A stretch of DNA of 64,000 nucleotides from an uncultured Christensenella sp. (lineage in GTDB: Bacteria; Bacillota; Clostridia; Christensenellales; UBA3700). Both the position numbers and the translations under genes were made by a program. Of the stretch, positions 1 to 10,204 are shown piece after piece (positions within the stretch are counted from its first letter, which is position 1; each line of letters starts with the position of its first letter). The DNA lies in contig CATMWH010000001.1 of assembly GCA_950079155.1 (NCBI GenBank), positions 194,982 to 258,981 on the forward strand. Reading direction: 5' to 3'. Under the pieces are notes generated by a model. That model searched no databases and was not told the origin of the DNA. It worked only from the letters and a program-made list of their open reading frames with translations.

Positions 1-1339
1 CCATAACTTCCGCATTACGTAATTCATCAAGTTCTTTATCATAGCCGTCGCGAATGTATCCTCCGTCTTTGAGTAATACAGGAGGATTATCAGTTATTGC
101 ACTTGTCAATTTGCCGGCAATATCTTCTAACAAGAATATGTTTTCATATTTCCTCTTTAGCATTGGCGTCGTCGCGCTTTGAAGCATTTGCTTTACCGCA
201 GGTAAACTCTTGAGCGACAATCCCAGCGCAAGCAAGTCTCTGGGCGAAGGCGAACCGAAAGCAACTTTTGAAGTCAATCTTTCAATATCGCGTATTCCGC
301 TCAACGCATCTGCCAAATTACTTCTCATTCGAGTATTATTGATAAATTCTTCTACGCTGTCAAGTCTAGCGTTGATAGATTTGCTCTCACGAAGCGGCTG
401 CTCCAGCCATCTTCTCAAACATCTTGCGCCCATATTAGTCTTGGTCTTGTCAAGCACCCACAAAAGAGTGGCTTTTTTAGAAGCGTCGCGAGTATTTTCG
501 CAAATCTCTAAGTTTCTGCGACAACTATTATCCATAATCAAGTACTTATTGTTCTGCACATACTTAATAGACGAGATATGCGCCAAAGAACGCTTTTGAG
601 TCTCGTTGACATAGTTTATCAATGCCCCAGACGCGCTTACGGCAATTTTTTTGTCCTCAAATTCAAATTTTGCAAGAGTAGTCACATTGAATTGTTTCAA
701 TAACATATTGTAAGCCGTCTTATATTCAAACGCCCAATCGTAATACTTTTGGAATTTAGGCAATCTCCCTATTCTTATTGACGACAAACTTTTAGCGCAC
801 TCATACGCATATTCGTTACAAATAATTTCAGTCGGAGAAAAAGTCGCCAGCACATCCTCTATTGAAGAAAAATCCCCATAATCAGACTGTACGGTATTAA
901 ACTCTCCCGTAGATACGTCAATCCAAGCCAACGCATAACTTTTTTCGTTGGCAAATATGCACGCTAAATAATTATTTTTCTTATCGTCAAGTATATTATC
1001 TTCAATAACGGTGCCGGGAGTGACGACTCTTATTACGTCTCGCTCGACAAGTTTGCCTTGCTCCGGAGCGGAAAGTTGTTCGCAAATAGCAACTTTATAC
1101 CCTTTCTGCACCAACTTGGCAATATATCCGTCAGCCGCGTGATAAGGAACTCCGCACATTGGCGCCCTTTCTTCAAGCCCGCAATTTCGCCCCGTTAAAG
1201 TCAAATCGAGTTCTCTGCTTGCCGTCTTGGCATCGTCGAAAAACATTTCATAAAAATCCCCAAGACGGAAAAATAACAAACTGTCTTTGTATTTCTCTTT
1301 TAATGACAAATAATATTTCATCATCTCCGAAAGCGCCAT
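1..1339 (-). CDS. mutS: DNA mismatch repair protein MutS, N-terminal ~446 codons; the gene continues beyond the left edge
   Basis: Absent from the ORF track because it runs off the window. My translation of the minus strand from ATG 1339..1337 gives MALSEMMKYYLSLKEKYKDSLLFFRLGDFYEMFFDDAKTASRELDLTLTGR...GVPYHAADGYIAKLVQKGYKVAICEQ (MutS domain I). The frame is still open at position 2 (..GYDKELDELRNAEVM). GGAGG lies 6 nt upstream. The miaB-mutS order is typical of Firmicutes. Confidence 0.9.
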   Translation of the reverse strand, partial: MALSEMMKYYLSLKEKYKDSLLFFRLGDFYEMFFDDAKTASRELDLTLTGRNCGLEERAPMCGVPYHAADGYIAKLVQKGYKVAICEQLSAPEQGKLVERDVIRVVTPGTVIEDNILDDKKNNYLACIFANEKSYALAWIDVSTGEFNTVQSDYGDFSSIEDVLATFSPTEIICNEYAYECAKSLSSIRIGRLPKFQKYYDWAFEYKTAYNMLLKQFNVTTLAKFEFEDKKIAVSASGALINYVNETQKRSLAHISSIKYVQNNKYLIMDNSCRRNLEICENTRDASKKATLLWVLDKTKTNMGARCLRRWLEQPLRESKSINARLDSVEEFINNTRMRSNLADALSGIRDIERLTSKVAFGSPSPRDLLALGLSLKSLPAVKQMLQSATTPMLKRKYENIFLLEDIAGKLTSAITDNPPVLLKDGGYIRDGYDKELDELRNAEVM

Positions 1340-1340
1340 A

Positions 1341-2663
1341 TTATTCCTCCACAAGTTCGCCAAACAGCGACGCTGACTGCGACTTATTTATCTTAATGTT
1401 GACAAATTGACCTATCAAGTCATTGCTTCCCTCAAAAGTGACGAGCCTTCCGCTGTCTGTTCTTCCGCAAACATAGCCGACCTTTTTAGGCGCCACGTCC
1501 TCGCAAAGCACTTCGTATACGTTGCCTTCATACTCTTTTGATAAATCTTTAGTTATTTTATTCTGTTCTGCAATAAGCCTTTTGATTCTATCTTTTGACA
1601 CTTCAGCGGGAATTTGCGGCATCAGAGCGGCTTTAGTCCCCTTTCGCACAGAATAAATAAACGTAAAAGCGCTTGAATACTTAACCCTGCGAACTATATC
1701 CAAAGTATATTCAAAATCCTCTTCTTCTTCATACGGAAATCCTACCATAAGGTCGGTGGTAATTCCGCAATTAGGTATCTTCGACTTAATTGCATCTATC
1801 GTATCCAAATAATATTCCCTTGTGTAATGACGATTCATAAGTTTTAGTATCTTATTTGATCCCGACTGTATTGGCAAATGTATATTATTGCAAATATTTT
1901 TGCTGTCTGCAATAATGTCGATTACGTCCATATTGAGGTCTTTTGGATGCGAAGTCATAAATCTAACTCTGTGTTTGCCTTGAATTTTGGCAATTTCCTC
2001 AAGTAATTTTGCAAAATTACTTCCGTCATTCAAATCGTGTCCATAAGAATTTACGTTTTGCCCCAACAAAGTAATCTCTTTGTAGCCTTGATCAATAAGC
2101 ATCTTGAATTCGTCGATTACATTTTGCATCTTACGACTTCTCTCTCTCCCTCTCACATAAGGAACTATACAGTAAGTGCAAAAATTATTACAACCATACA
2201 TTATATTAAGCCAAGCGTTACAACCGCTGGTACGATATTTTAATTCTCCCTCAAGTACTTCGGGGCGCTCGTTTGGATCTATGAGCACGCTCTTTTTTCC
2301 TGAATTTTTAAGTTTTAATACGGCATTTTTCAACTCTGCAAGATTATTAGTGCCCAATACTATATCTACGTACGGATATTTTTGTCTTAAATTTAGTCCT
2401 GCACCGTCTTGCTGAGTCATACATCCTACGACAGCCAAGATCAATCCGGGCTTGCTTTTTTTTAGATGCTTAACCGCGCCTATATTACCCAAAGCGCGTT
2501 TTTCCGCGTTATCTCTAATGCAACAGGTATTGAAAACAATCACGTCGGCGTCGTTCTCGTCTTTGCACTCAACGTAACCCATAGATTGAAGCGTACCTGC
2601 TATTTTTTCCGATTCGTGGATGTTCATCTGACACCCATATGTAATAATCTTATATTTTTGCAT
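1341..2663 (-). CDS. miaB: tRNA-i6A37 methylthiotransferase MiaB
   Basis: ORF 1341..2810. Contains the MTTase N-domain (KIITYGCQMN), the radical-SAM CNNFCTYCIVPYVRGRE motif and a TRAM C-terminus. I place the start at the internal Met 2663 (MQKYKIITYGCQMN), because the 49-codon upstream extension is hydrophobic junk overlapping the divergent PBP gene. Confidence 0.9.
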   Translation of the reverse strand: MQKYKIITYGCQMNIHESEKIAGTLQSMGYVECKDENDADVIVFNTCCIRDNAEKRALGNIGAVKHLKKSKPGLILAVVGCMTQQDGAGLNLRQKYPYVDIVLGTNNLAELKNAVLKLKNSGKKSVLIDPNERPEVLEGELKYRTSGCNAWLNIMYGCNNFCTYCIVPYVRGRERSRKMQNVIDEFKMLIDQGYKEITLLGQNVNSYGHDLNDGSNFAKLLEEIAKIQGKHRVRFMTSHPKDLNMDVIDIIADSKNICNNIHLPIQSGSNKILKLMNRHYTREYYLDTIDAIKSKIPNCGITTDLMVGFPYEEEEDFEYTLDIVRRVKYSSAFTFIYSVRKGTKAALMPQIPAEVSKDRIKRLIAEQNKITKDLSKEYEGNVYEVLCEDVAPKKVGYVCGRTDSGRLVTFEGSNDLIGQFVNIKINKSQSASLFGELVEE

Positions 2664-2712
2664 ATAACAATTATATCTAAAACTGAAAAAAAAGACAAGT
2701 GATAATATTATA

Positions 2713-4977
2713 ATGAAAAAAAATAATAAAAGCGTATCAAAAAAATTATTTAAATCCTTTGCAATTATATCGGCAGCATTGATGATAATCTCATTGCTTG
2801 CCTTAAGCATCTTTTTCGGTATGTTGCATTTTGGCGGAGATTCACCGGATATGTCAAAACTTAAGACCAGTCAAGCAAATTTAATAATCACAGACTGTAA
2901 TAATAATCCTATTATCGACCTAAAAAGTGAAAAATACGTCGATAGCACTCAAATTCCTCAACTCCTATCAAACGCCTTTATTGCTGTCGAAGACAAGAGA
3001 TTTTATTCCCATAACGGTATTGATTACGTCCGTATAGCAGGCGCTATGTTGAATAATATCAAAGGAAACAGGACTCAAGGCGCGTCTACAATCACCCAAC
3101 AACTTGCAAAAAATATATATTTTTCAAGCGAGCAAACCTTTTCCAGAAAATTTAAAGAAATGCAAACGGCAATCAAACTTGAAAAAATGCTGTCAAAAGA
3201 AGAAATTATGGAGTATTACCTCAATATGCTCTATTTCGGCAGCGGCGAGTACGGAGTCAAAAATGCTGCTCTTAGATTTTTTGATAAATCGCTAGATGAA
3301 CTCAACGCTTTAGAATGCGCTATGTTGGCAGGTATCGTAAAGAGTCCCACAAAATATAATCCTATCAACAACTATGCCAATTCAATCAATAGAGCGCGAA
3401 CTGTTTTGAAATTGATGTATGAGCAAGATATGATTTCGAATGACATATATCAAAGTTATAAAAATTCTGATATTATTATTAAAAACACGTTAATTGAGAA
3501 TAATCAAGCCAAAATATATCTTTTAAATACAAAGCACGAGGCTTGCAAAATTTTAAATATTGACGAAAATCAACTATTGATCAGCGGTTACGAAATTTCA
3601 ACTTTTTACGATCCTTCCGCTCAGCAACTTCTTTCTTCGTCTATATTCAATGATTCATACTACTCTTCTATTGCAGACAAATCGAGAGGAATTGGGATAG
3701 TATGCGACAACGCTTCGTTAGGAATCAAAGCATTGTCATCAAGAGAAAATATAAATATTTTTGAGTTCAAACGCCAAGTTGGATCTACTATCAAACCATT
3801 GGCGTGTTATGCTCCTGCTTTAGACCAAGGTATCATAAGTCCTTATACCAAAATTATGGACGAACCCACCTCTTTCGGCAATTACTCCCCGAGTAACTTT
3901 AAAGATAGATATTATGGCTGGACAAGCGTAAACGATTGCGTAGAAAAATCTCTAAACATTCCTTCCGTAAAAGTCCTCCAACAGTTAGGTACAAGTACGT
4001 CGCGCAGTTATCTTGAAAAAATGAATATTCTTACGGACGAGCAAGACGACAACTTGGCTTTAGCGCTTGGCGGCACTACCTACGGAATAAGTATGATAGA
4101 TTTACTCGGCGGATACTCTACTCTCTCCAACGGAGGTCTATACAAAGCGCCGACATTTATAAAAACAATAAAAGATAAAGACGGAAATATTATATATGAT
4201 TATATAAATACTATATCTAAGCGCGTTTTTGACGAACAAAGCGCATATTTGATGACAAATATGCTTATAAACACTGCCAAAACCGGCACTGCCAAAAAAC
4301 TGTCCAACCAAAATTATCAAATTGCGTGCAAAACAGGCACCGTATCTATGGAAAACAAAAATTTCAACAGCGATATATATTCAGTAGGCTATACCTCGCA
4401 GGATACTTTTTTGTTTTGGCAAGGCGGAAACTTACCTGCAGAACAGACCGGCGGAGGCGCCACAACGCTTATGTGCAAGAACTTTTTGAATAGTTATTAC
4501 ACTGTACCGCCCAAAGATTTTGCTATACCGGACGGAATTATCGAGGCGAATATAGATAAGTATGCGTACGAACACTCTAATTCATTGATTCTTGCAAGTC
4601 AAAACGCCCCCAAAAGCAGCGTTATAAGTTGTATATTTTCGGAAAAATGTCTTCCGAAAGATGTAGACAGCACGTATGACAGCCCGAGCGTTGACAATAT
4701 TAAATTCCTGCAAAATCTTTCAAATGTGTCAATTAAATTTACTTTAAATCCTAAATTATGCTATAGAATTTATAAGCGCGACTTTATAAAGGGAGAAACA
4801 TTGATATACGATATAAAAAATAGTATCGGCGATGCCGATTATCAAATTGACGTCGATAGATTTTTCGGCAATACCATTACCGTTGTCCCATATTATATTG
4901 ACGATGATTCAAATGAGATAATAGGCACGCCAAGTAAATATAACTCTCACTCTATTATCTCTCGAATCCATAGATAA
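2713..4977 (+). CDS. PBP1A-family bifunctional penicillin-binding protein (GT51 glycosyltransferase + transpeptidase)
   Basis: N-terminal TM segment. GT51 motifs EDKRFYSHNGIDY and RTQGASTITQQLAKN. Transpeptidase motifs STIKP (SxxK), SLN and KTGT. Confidence 0.9.
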   Translation: MKKNNKSVSKKLFKSFAIISAALMIISLLALSIFFGMLHFGGDSPDMSKLKTSQANLIITDCNNNPIIDLKSEKYVDSTQIPQLLSNAFIAVEDKRFYSHNGIDYVRIAGAMLNNIKGNRTQGASTITQQLAKNIYFSSEQTFSRKFKEMQTAIKLEKMLSKEEIMEYYLNMLYFGSGEYGVKNAALRFFDKSLDELNALECAMLAGIVKSPTKYNPINNYANSINRARTVLKLMYEQDMISNDIYQSYKNSDIIIKNTLIENNQAKIYLLNTKHEACKILNIDENQLLISGYEISTFYDPSAQQLLSSSIFNDSYYSSIADKSRGIGIVCDNASLGIKALSSRENINIFEFKRQVGSTIKPLACYAPALDQGIISPYTKIMDEPTSFGNYSPSNFKDRYYGWTSVNDCVEKSLNIPSVKVLQQLGTSTSRSYLEKMNILTDEQDDNLALALGGTTYGISMIDLLGGYSTLSNGGLYKAPTFIKTIKDKDGNIIYDYINTISKRVFDEQSAYLMTNMLINTAKTGTAKKLSNQNYQIACKTGTVSMENKNFNSDIYSVGYTSQDTFLFWQGGNLPAEQTGGGATTLMCKNFLNSYYTVPPKDFAIPDGIIEANIDKYAYEHSNSLILASQNAPKSSVISCIFSEKCLPKDVDSTYDSPSVDNIKFLQNLSNVSIKFTLNPKLCYRIYKRDFIKGETLIYDIKNSIGDADYQIDVDRFFGNTITVVPYYIDDDSNEIIGTPSKYNSHSIISRIHR

Positions 4978-5008
4978 AATTCACGGCGTCCAGATGCCGT
5001 ACATATCC

Positions 5009-6184
5009 TTAATATTCCGCTTTAATTTCCATAATTTCCACTGTCTTTATCGCAGTCTCAACCATCTGATCCAAATCTTTAATTTTAGACTGTTCTTTAA
5101 TTGCGACCTGCAAATCCGGCTTAATAACTGGATTTTTTGGCAAAAATACCGTACAGCAGTCTTCATACGGAAGTTGTGAAATTGCGTAAGTATCAATTTT
5201 TTCTGCCGTATCCATAATTTCGTATTTATCCATACCGATAAGCGGTCTGAATACCGGAAGAGTTTTCACAGCGTCATTTGTTACCATAATACTCTTGGTC
5301 GTCTGACTTGCAACTTGAGCAAGACTCTCACCCGTTATCAACGCCCCGCATTTATTTTCGATAGCCAATTTTTCTGCAATCTCCACCATAATTCTGCGCA
5401 TTATGGTTATCATATAATCTTCGCGGCAATATTCGTGTATCGCTTGTTGTATTTCTGTAAACTTAACTACAAACAACTTGATATCCCCGCAGTATTTAGT
5501 CAATTTTCCTGCTAAATCAACTACTTTTTGTTGCGCCAACTCACTTGTATGCGGATAACTGTGATAGTGAATTCCAAATATTTGCATACCTCTTCTCGCC
5601 ATTCTATATCCCGCTACAGGCGAATCAAATCCTCCGCTGAGTAGCAGCATTCCTCTTCCCGCCGTACCCACGGGCATTCCCTGCGCGCAATCAATTTTAT
5701 CAGAGAAAATATAAGAATATCCGTTTTCTCTTATGTCAACGCATATCTCGCTTTGCGGATAATAGAGATCGACTGAAATTTGCGAATTATTCGACAGCAA
5801 GCAACCGCCCAACATTGCAGAAATTTGCATACTGTTTTTATCAAGACTCTTATCCGCTCTCTTTGTCGTAATCCTAAAAGTACCATTTTGCGGGGCAAAT
5901 TGCAACACCGCCTCTTTGAGATTTTCATAACTGGTCTGAACTTTTAGAGCCACAGAAAGAGAATGCAGTCCGAAAACTTTAGTCACTCTATCTATTATAT
6001 TTTGCTGCGCGTCTTCGCTATAATCTTCTATGTAATATCTGTTTTGCGTACGTATGAACTTATAATCGACACCTATCAATGATTTTTTTATATTTTCAAT
6101 CAATCTATTTTCAAATAAATTTCTATTTTTACCTTTTAAGAACAACTCGCCGTATCTCAAAAGTATCACTTTTTTGCTTTCCAT
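5009..6184 (-). CDS. thiI: tRNA 4-thiouridine(8) synthase ThiI
   Basis: ILLRYGELFLKGKNR N-terminus, THUMP region and PP-loop LLSGGFDSPVA. I take the start at ATG 6184 (MESKKV..), 2 nt after the nifS stop, with GAGGTG upstream. The track's TTG at 6217 would overlap nifS. Confidence 0.9.
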   Translation of the reverse strand: MESKKVILLRYGELFLKGKNRNLFENRLIENIKKSLIGVDYKFIRTQNRYYIEDYSEDAQQNIIDRVTKVFGLHSLSVALKVQTSYENLKEAVLQFAPQNGTFRITTKRADKSLDKNSMQISAMLGGCLLSNNSQISVDLYYPQSEICVDIRENGYSYIFSDKIDCAQGMPVGTAGRGMLLLSGGFDSPVAGYRMARRGMQIFGIHYHSYPHTSELAQQKVVDLAGKLTKYCGDIKLFVVKFTEIQQAIHEYCREDYMITIMRRIMVEIAEKLAIENKCGALITGESLAQVASQTTKSIMVTNDAVKTLPVFRPLIGMDKYEIMDTAEKIDTYAISQLPYEDCCTVFLPKNPVIKPDLQVAIKEQSKIKDLDQMVETAIKTVEIMEIKAEY

Positions 6185-6186
6185 AC

Positions 6187-7368
6187 TCACCTCAATTTCA
6201 ATCTCGTCAATATACAATCGTCTTTTGACGCAGACTTTTGATATTTTATCAACTCTTCCAAACTTTCGCCGAGCGCTTTAATAAGAGCGTCGACGTCGGA
6301 TTTAGTATTATTTTCATTAAAACTCACCCTCAACATTCCTTGCGCGTAATCGTCAAGTATCCCCAACGCCTGCGGAATACGCCTTGTAGATTTCTGCGAA
6401 TTGCAAGCAGAGCCGGTTCCAATTATAATACCTTTATCTTCAAGACAATGCACCATTACTTCGCCCCTTGCGCTATTTAATGCAAAAGAAAACACATATG
6501 GCGAAGAATTTTGACAGTCTGTGTTGATTTTTATATTATCAAAGTTATTTTCCAACTGACTTTTGAGATAACTCCTCAACTCGCTTATACTTTTGTAATT
6601 TGTCCTGATATTCTCCAAATTCTTTTCGACGACGTCGCAAAACGCCATTATTGCAGGCACATTCTCAGTTGCAGAACGCACTCCGTTTTCCTGTCCTCCG
6701 CCATAAACAAACGTCTTAAGATAAAGTCCGCTTCTACAGTATAGCGCGCCAATCCCTTTTGGAGCGTGTACCTTATGCCCGCTTACAGAATACAAGTCGA
6801 CCCCCAACGCTTTCACGTCAACAAATATCTTTCCATACGCTTGCACTCCGTCCGAGTGGAATATTGCTCTAGGAGATTTTGACTTTATCAACTTTGATAT
6901 TCTCGCCAAATCATTTAGCGCGCCGGTCTCGTTGCAAACGTGCATAATAGACACTAATGCGACTTTTTCATCCAGCAAATCCTCTAATTTAGACATATCT
7001 GTACGCCCGTATCTATCGCAAGGCACAAACTCTACGTCATAGCCTCTGACTTTCAATTCTAACGCGCAATTATACACCGCGCTATGCTCGCTTGACCCGA
7101 CTAAGACTTTCCCGCTCTTTGATCTCAACGAACAAAGTAGCGCTATATTATCCGCTTCGCTTCCCGACGCAGTAAAAATAATCTCTTCGCTTTTTGCTCC
7201 CAAAGATTTTGCAATAACTCCTCTTGCGCGCTTGATAGCCTTACTATTCTCCATAGCCTTTCGATAAAGCGCCGAAGGATTATAGAATTCTTGGCTATTA
7301 TATTTCTTTAATGCATCCCAACACGCGTCGTCCAATCTCGTCGTAGCGGCATTATCAAGATAAATCAC
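6187..7368 (-). CDS. Cysteine desulfurase (NifS/IscS class V aminotransferase)
   Basis: IYLDNAATT N-terminus, PLP-lysine motif SGHKVHAPKGIGALY and active-site Cys in GTGSACNS. Sits directly upstream of thiI, its usual sulfur-relay partner. Confidence 0.9.
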   Translation of the reverse strand: MIYLDNAATTRLDDACWDALKKYNSQEFYNPSALYRKAMENSKAIKRARGVIAKSLGAKSEEIIFTASGSEADNIALLCSLRSKSGKVLVGSSEHSAVYNCALELKVRGYDVEFVPCDRYGRTDMSKLEDLLDEKVALVSIMHVCNETGALNDLARISKLIKSKSPRAIFHSDGVQAYGKIFVDVKALGVDLYSVSGHKVHAPKGIGALYCRSGLYLKTFVYGGGQENGVRSATENVPAIMAFCDVVEKNLENIRTNYKSISELRSYLKSQLENNFDNIKINTDCQNSSPYVFSFALNSARGEVMVHCLEDKGIIIGTGSACNSQKSTRRIPQALGILDDYAQGMLRVSFNENNTKSDVDALIKALGESLEELIKYQKSASKDDCILTRLKLR

Positions 7369-7831
7369 GGCTCACCTCAATTAACGAAAACAAATAATCG
7401 TCTAAACAAATTAAATATTTTCTTTCAGATAATTCTATCATATATAAACGTTTTTCGCAACTTTTCGGACACAATCTAACGCATTTTGCGGTCTCATTTG
7501 CTTTTGCGCTATATTCTTCGATTTTTAATCCAGACACTTGTCCCTCATACAAAATAATATTTTTAATAGGATATTTTTTAATTATGGTTATATTGCCGTC
7601 TTTATAATGAATAACTACTTCAAACGTAAAAAACAGACTTGATAGTCTTATTATCACAGTAACGACAAATATAGCGGCATATATTACTAAATCAACGTAC
7701 TTTTTTGTAGATAAACAAGTTATTACCCCAGTCAGAATTATTAAGTCTAACAGTATGCAAACAGCCAAACATATTACTTTTACGGGTTTATTCTCGTCAT
7801 TGCAAAACTTTTGAATATAATTTTTTTGCAT
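7355..7831 (-). CDS. Hypothetical small membrane protein (2 TM N-terminal, soluble C-terminal half)
   Basis: 158-aa ORF with two hydrophobic helices (VICLAVCILLDLIILTGVITCL, VIYAAIFVVTVIIRLSSLFF). Overlaps the nifS start by 14 nt. I recognise no family. Confidence 0.55.
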   Translation of the reverse strand: MQKNYIQKFCNDENKPVKVICLAVCILLDLIILTGVITCLSTKKYVDLVIYAAIFVVTVIIRLSSLFFTFEVVIHYKDGNITIIKKYPIKNIILYEGQVSGLKIEEYSAKANETAKCVRLCPKSCEKRLYMIELSERKYLICLDDYLFSLIEVSRDLS

Positions 7832-7838
7832 AAATAAT

Positions 7839-10199
7839 CTATTTTAAAGCAACAATAGTTACTCCGCTTTCTCCTTCGCCATACTTTCCTATTCTAAACG
7901 ACTCTATGGCAGGCGATGTCTTGAGATAATCTTGCACAGCTTTTCGCAATATCCCGCTACCTTTTCCGTGAACAACTCTGATTTCGGCGCAATTGTGCAT
8001 AATTGCTTCGCTTATATAATTATCTAAATTATATATCGCCTCATCCACTCGCTGTCCTATTAAATTTATCTCAAAACTAAAAGCCTTATTGGAAAATTCT
8101 TTACTGACAGTCACTTTGACTTCATCTCTTCTTTCTTCGGCAATGATTTTTTGACAATCCGCTAGTTTTATTGTAGTAGTTAAAATACCAACTTTGACCT
8201 GACATTCTTTTTTCTTAGGATTTATGCCTACTACCTCGCCTTGATTATTAAGAGAGGCTATAAATACCCTGTCACCTACTTCAATATCACCGTCAGCAAG
8301 CGTATATTCCCTCTTGGGTTTTTGCTCTGCAACTTTTATATCGCCAAGTTTCTTTCTTATTCTTCGCGCTTCAAACAGCGCTTGCTCATCCCCTTGCTTT
8401 ACCAATTCTTTTATTTCTTCCAACAACTCGTCAGCTTCTTCAAGATAGTCAGAAAGCAAATCTTTAGCGCCTTTTTTCATTTTTTCTTCCAATTTTTGCT
8501 TTTGAAGATTCAACTCTTCTAACGCTTTTTTTGCTGCTTGTGCTGATTTTTCTGATATCAAGTAATTTTCTTTTGCTTTTTCTTCATATTCTTGCGCAAG
8601 CCGCCTTGACCTTTCCGCGCCTTTAATCACATTGTCAAAAGCAATCTTCTCTTTACTCAGTCTCCCTCTTGCTTTCTCAACGATTTGTTTTTTGAGCCCC
8701 AAAGAGATTGCTATTTCCAAAGCGTTCGACGAACTGCTCTGTCCCATAATCAATTTATAAGTAGGCGCAAAAGTTGTTGGATCAAAATCCATACCGGCGC
8801 TGGCAATTCCTTCTGTCACAAGCGAATATTCTTTGAGTTCGCTATAGTGAGTACTCGTTATTGTCTTACACCCCTTATTCTTAAAATATTCTATCAGACT
8901 AATTGCCAACGCGCTTCCTTCTGCAGGATCAGTTCCTCCTCCCAACTCGTCGAGCAGTAGTAGACAGTTGGACGTAACGTGATTGCAAATATAAATCAAA
9001 TTTGTCATATGAGAAGAAAATGTCGACAAACTTTGTTCAATATTCTGTTCGTCTCCGATATCGCAAAATATATTCTCAAACACCGCAAGTTTACTATCTT
9101 CAGAACAAGGCGGAAAAATTCCCGAAGACGCCATAAGCGAAAGAATACCCACCAATTTCAAAGACACGGTTTTACCGCCGGTATTAGGACCGGTAATTAG
9201 CAAGGTATTATATTCAATACCTAAGTTAATCGACACCGGCACAACTTTTTGTTTGTCAATCAATGGATGCCTTCCTTCTATAATCTCCACTATTCCATTA
9301 TCGTTTAACTCGACTTTATTGCCTTTAATCTCTTGAGAATACCTTGCTTTAGCAAATATGCTGTCAATGTAGGCTATATTTTGATAACTCAATTTTAAAC
9401 TGTCGCACGCATAAGTAATTTTTTGAGAAAAATACTGCAAAATTCGACCTATTTCGTTATTTTCTTCTGCGCATAATCCGCGGAGTTCGTTGTTCATTTC
9501 AACGATCGCCATTGGCTCGATATATACCGTCGCGCCGGATGCAGACTGATCGTGAACTAGTCCTTTGACCTGGCGCACATACTCGCTCTTGATGGGGATT
9601 ACGTATCTATTATTGCGCATAGTGACCAAAGAATCTTGCAAATAGTTGCTAAAATCAGATGAAGTCACATAAGAATTAAGTTTTTGCCTTATCTTATCAT
9701 TACACGCTTTTATACTTTGTCTGATAGATCTAAGGGCGGGAGAAGCATTGTCGCTCACCTCATTATCGCCCAAAATACTCTCATAAATACTATTTTCTAA
9801 ATCATTATCAATATAAAGATTATTAATCAACGATTTAATATCCTCGATACTTTGCGAATTTATTTTATATATGGAATTATAAATAAGTCTTGAAGTACGA
9901 AGAAGTCTCCCCACTCTTATTATATCAGCGCAAGAAAGCGTCATAAACTTGTTCGCATTGTCCAAAATATCTTCCATTTCATCAACAGAAAACGTCGGTG
10001 CAACCAAATGGTCATATAATATCTCATATGCTTGCGCTGTCAAATCCGCCAGATATTGCGCTTGACTTAATTCAATAGACGGTTTTATGGACAATACGGT
10101 ATTTTTTGCAAAAACAGAGGAAGTATGATTAGCAATCTGAGTCAATATTTTATCATACTCTAATATCTTCAAAGTTTTTCTATTTATAAATTTTGCCAT
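7839..10199 (-). CDS. mutS2: Endonuclease MutS2 (MutS ATPase + Smr domain)
   Basis: Walker A ITGPNTGGKTV, DELGGGTDP, a long coiled-coil K/E linker and a C-terminal Smr domain (IRVVHGKGSGILR). Confidence 0.92.
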   Translation of the reverse strand: MAKFINRKTLKILEYDKILTQIANHTSSVFAKNTVLSIKPSIELSQAQYLADLTAQAYEILYDHLVAPTFSVDEMEDILDNANKFMTLSCADIIRVGRLLRTSRLIYNSIYKINSQSIEDIKSLINNLYIDNDLENSIYESILGDNEVSDNASPALRSIRQSIKACNDKIRQKLNSYVTSSDFSNYLQDSLVTMRNNRYVIPIKSEYVRQVKGLVHDQSASGATVYIEPMAIVEMNNELRGLCAEENNEIGRILQYFSQKITYACDSLKLSYQNIAYIDSIFAKARYSQEIKGNKVELNDNGIVEIIEGRHPLIDKQKVVPVSINLGIEYNTLLITGPNTGGKTVSLKLVGILSLMASSGIFPPCSEDSKLAVFENIFCDIGDEQNIEQSLSTFSSHMTNLIYICNHVTSNCLLLLDELGGGTDPAEGSALAISLIEYFKNKGCKTITSTHYSELKEYSLVTEGIASAGMDFDPTTFAPTYKLIMGQSSSSNALEIAISLGLKKQIVEKARGRLSKEKIAFDNVIKGAERSRRLAQEYEEKAKENYLISEKSAQAAKKALEELNLQKQKLEEKMKKGAKDLLSDYLEEADELLEEIKELVKQGDEQALFEARRIRKKLGDIKVAEQKPKREYTLADGDIEVGDRVFIASLNNQGEVVGINPKKKECQVKVGILTTTIKLADCQKIIAEERRDEVKVTVSKEFSNKAFSFEINLIGQRVDEAIYNLDNYISEAIMHNCAEIRVVHGKGSGILRKAVQDYLKTSPAIESFRIGKYGEGESGVTIVALK

Positions 10200-10204
10200 A
10201 CAAA

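Noticed and set aside
2664-2810. The 49-codon N-terminal extension of the miaB ORF, and similar TTG/GTG-initiated extensions in the track for thiI, pheS, pnp, the carboxyltransferase, the M50 protease, cmk and the ylxY-like gene.
   Set aside because: The alternative starts fall inside the Shine-Dalgarno sequence of the real ATG or overlap neighbouring genes. The conserved N-termini begin at the internal Met.
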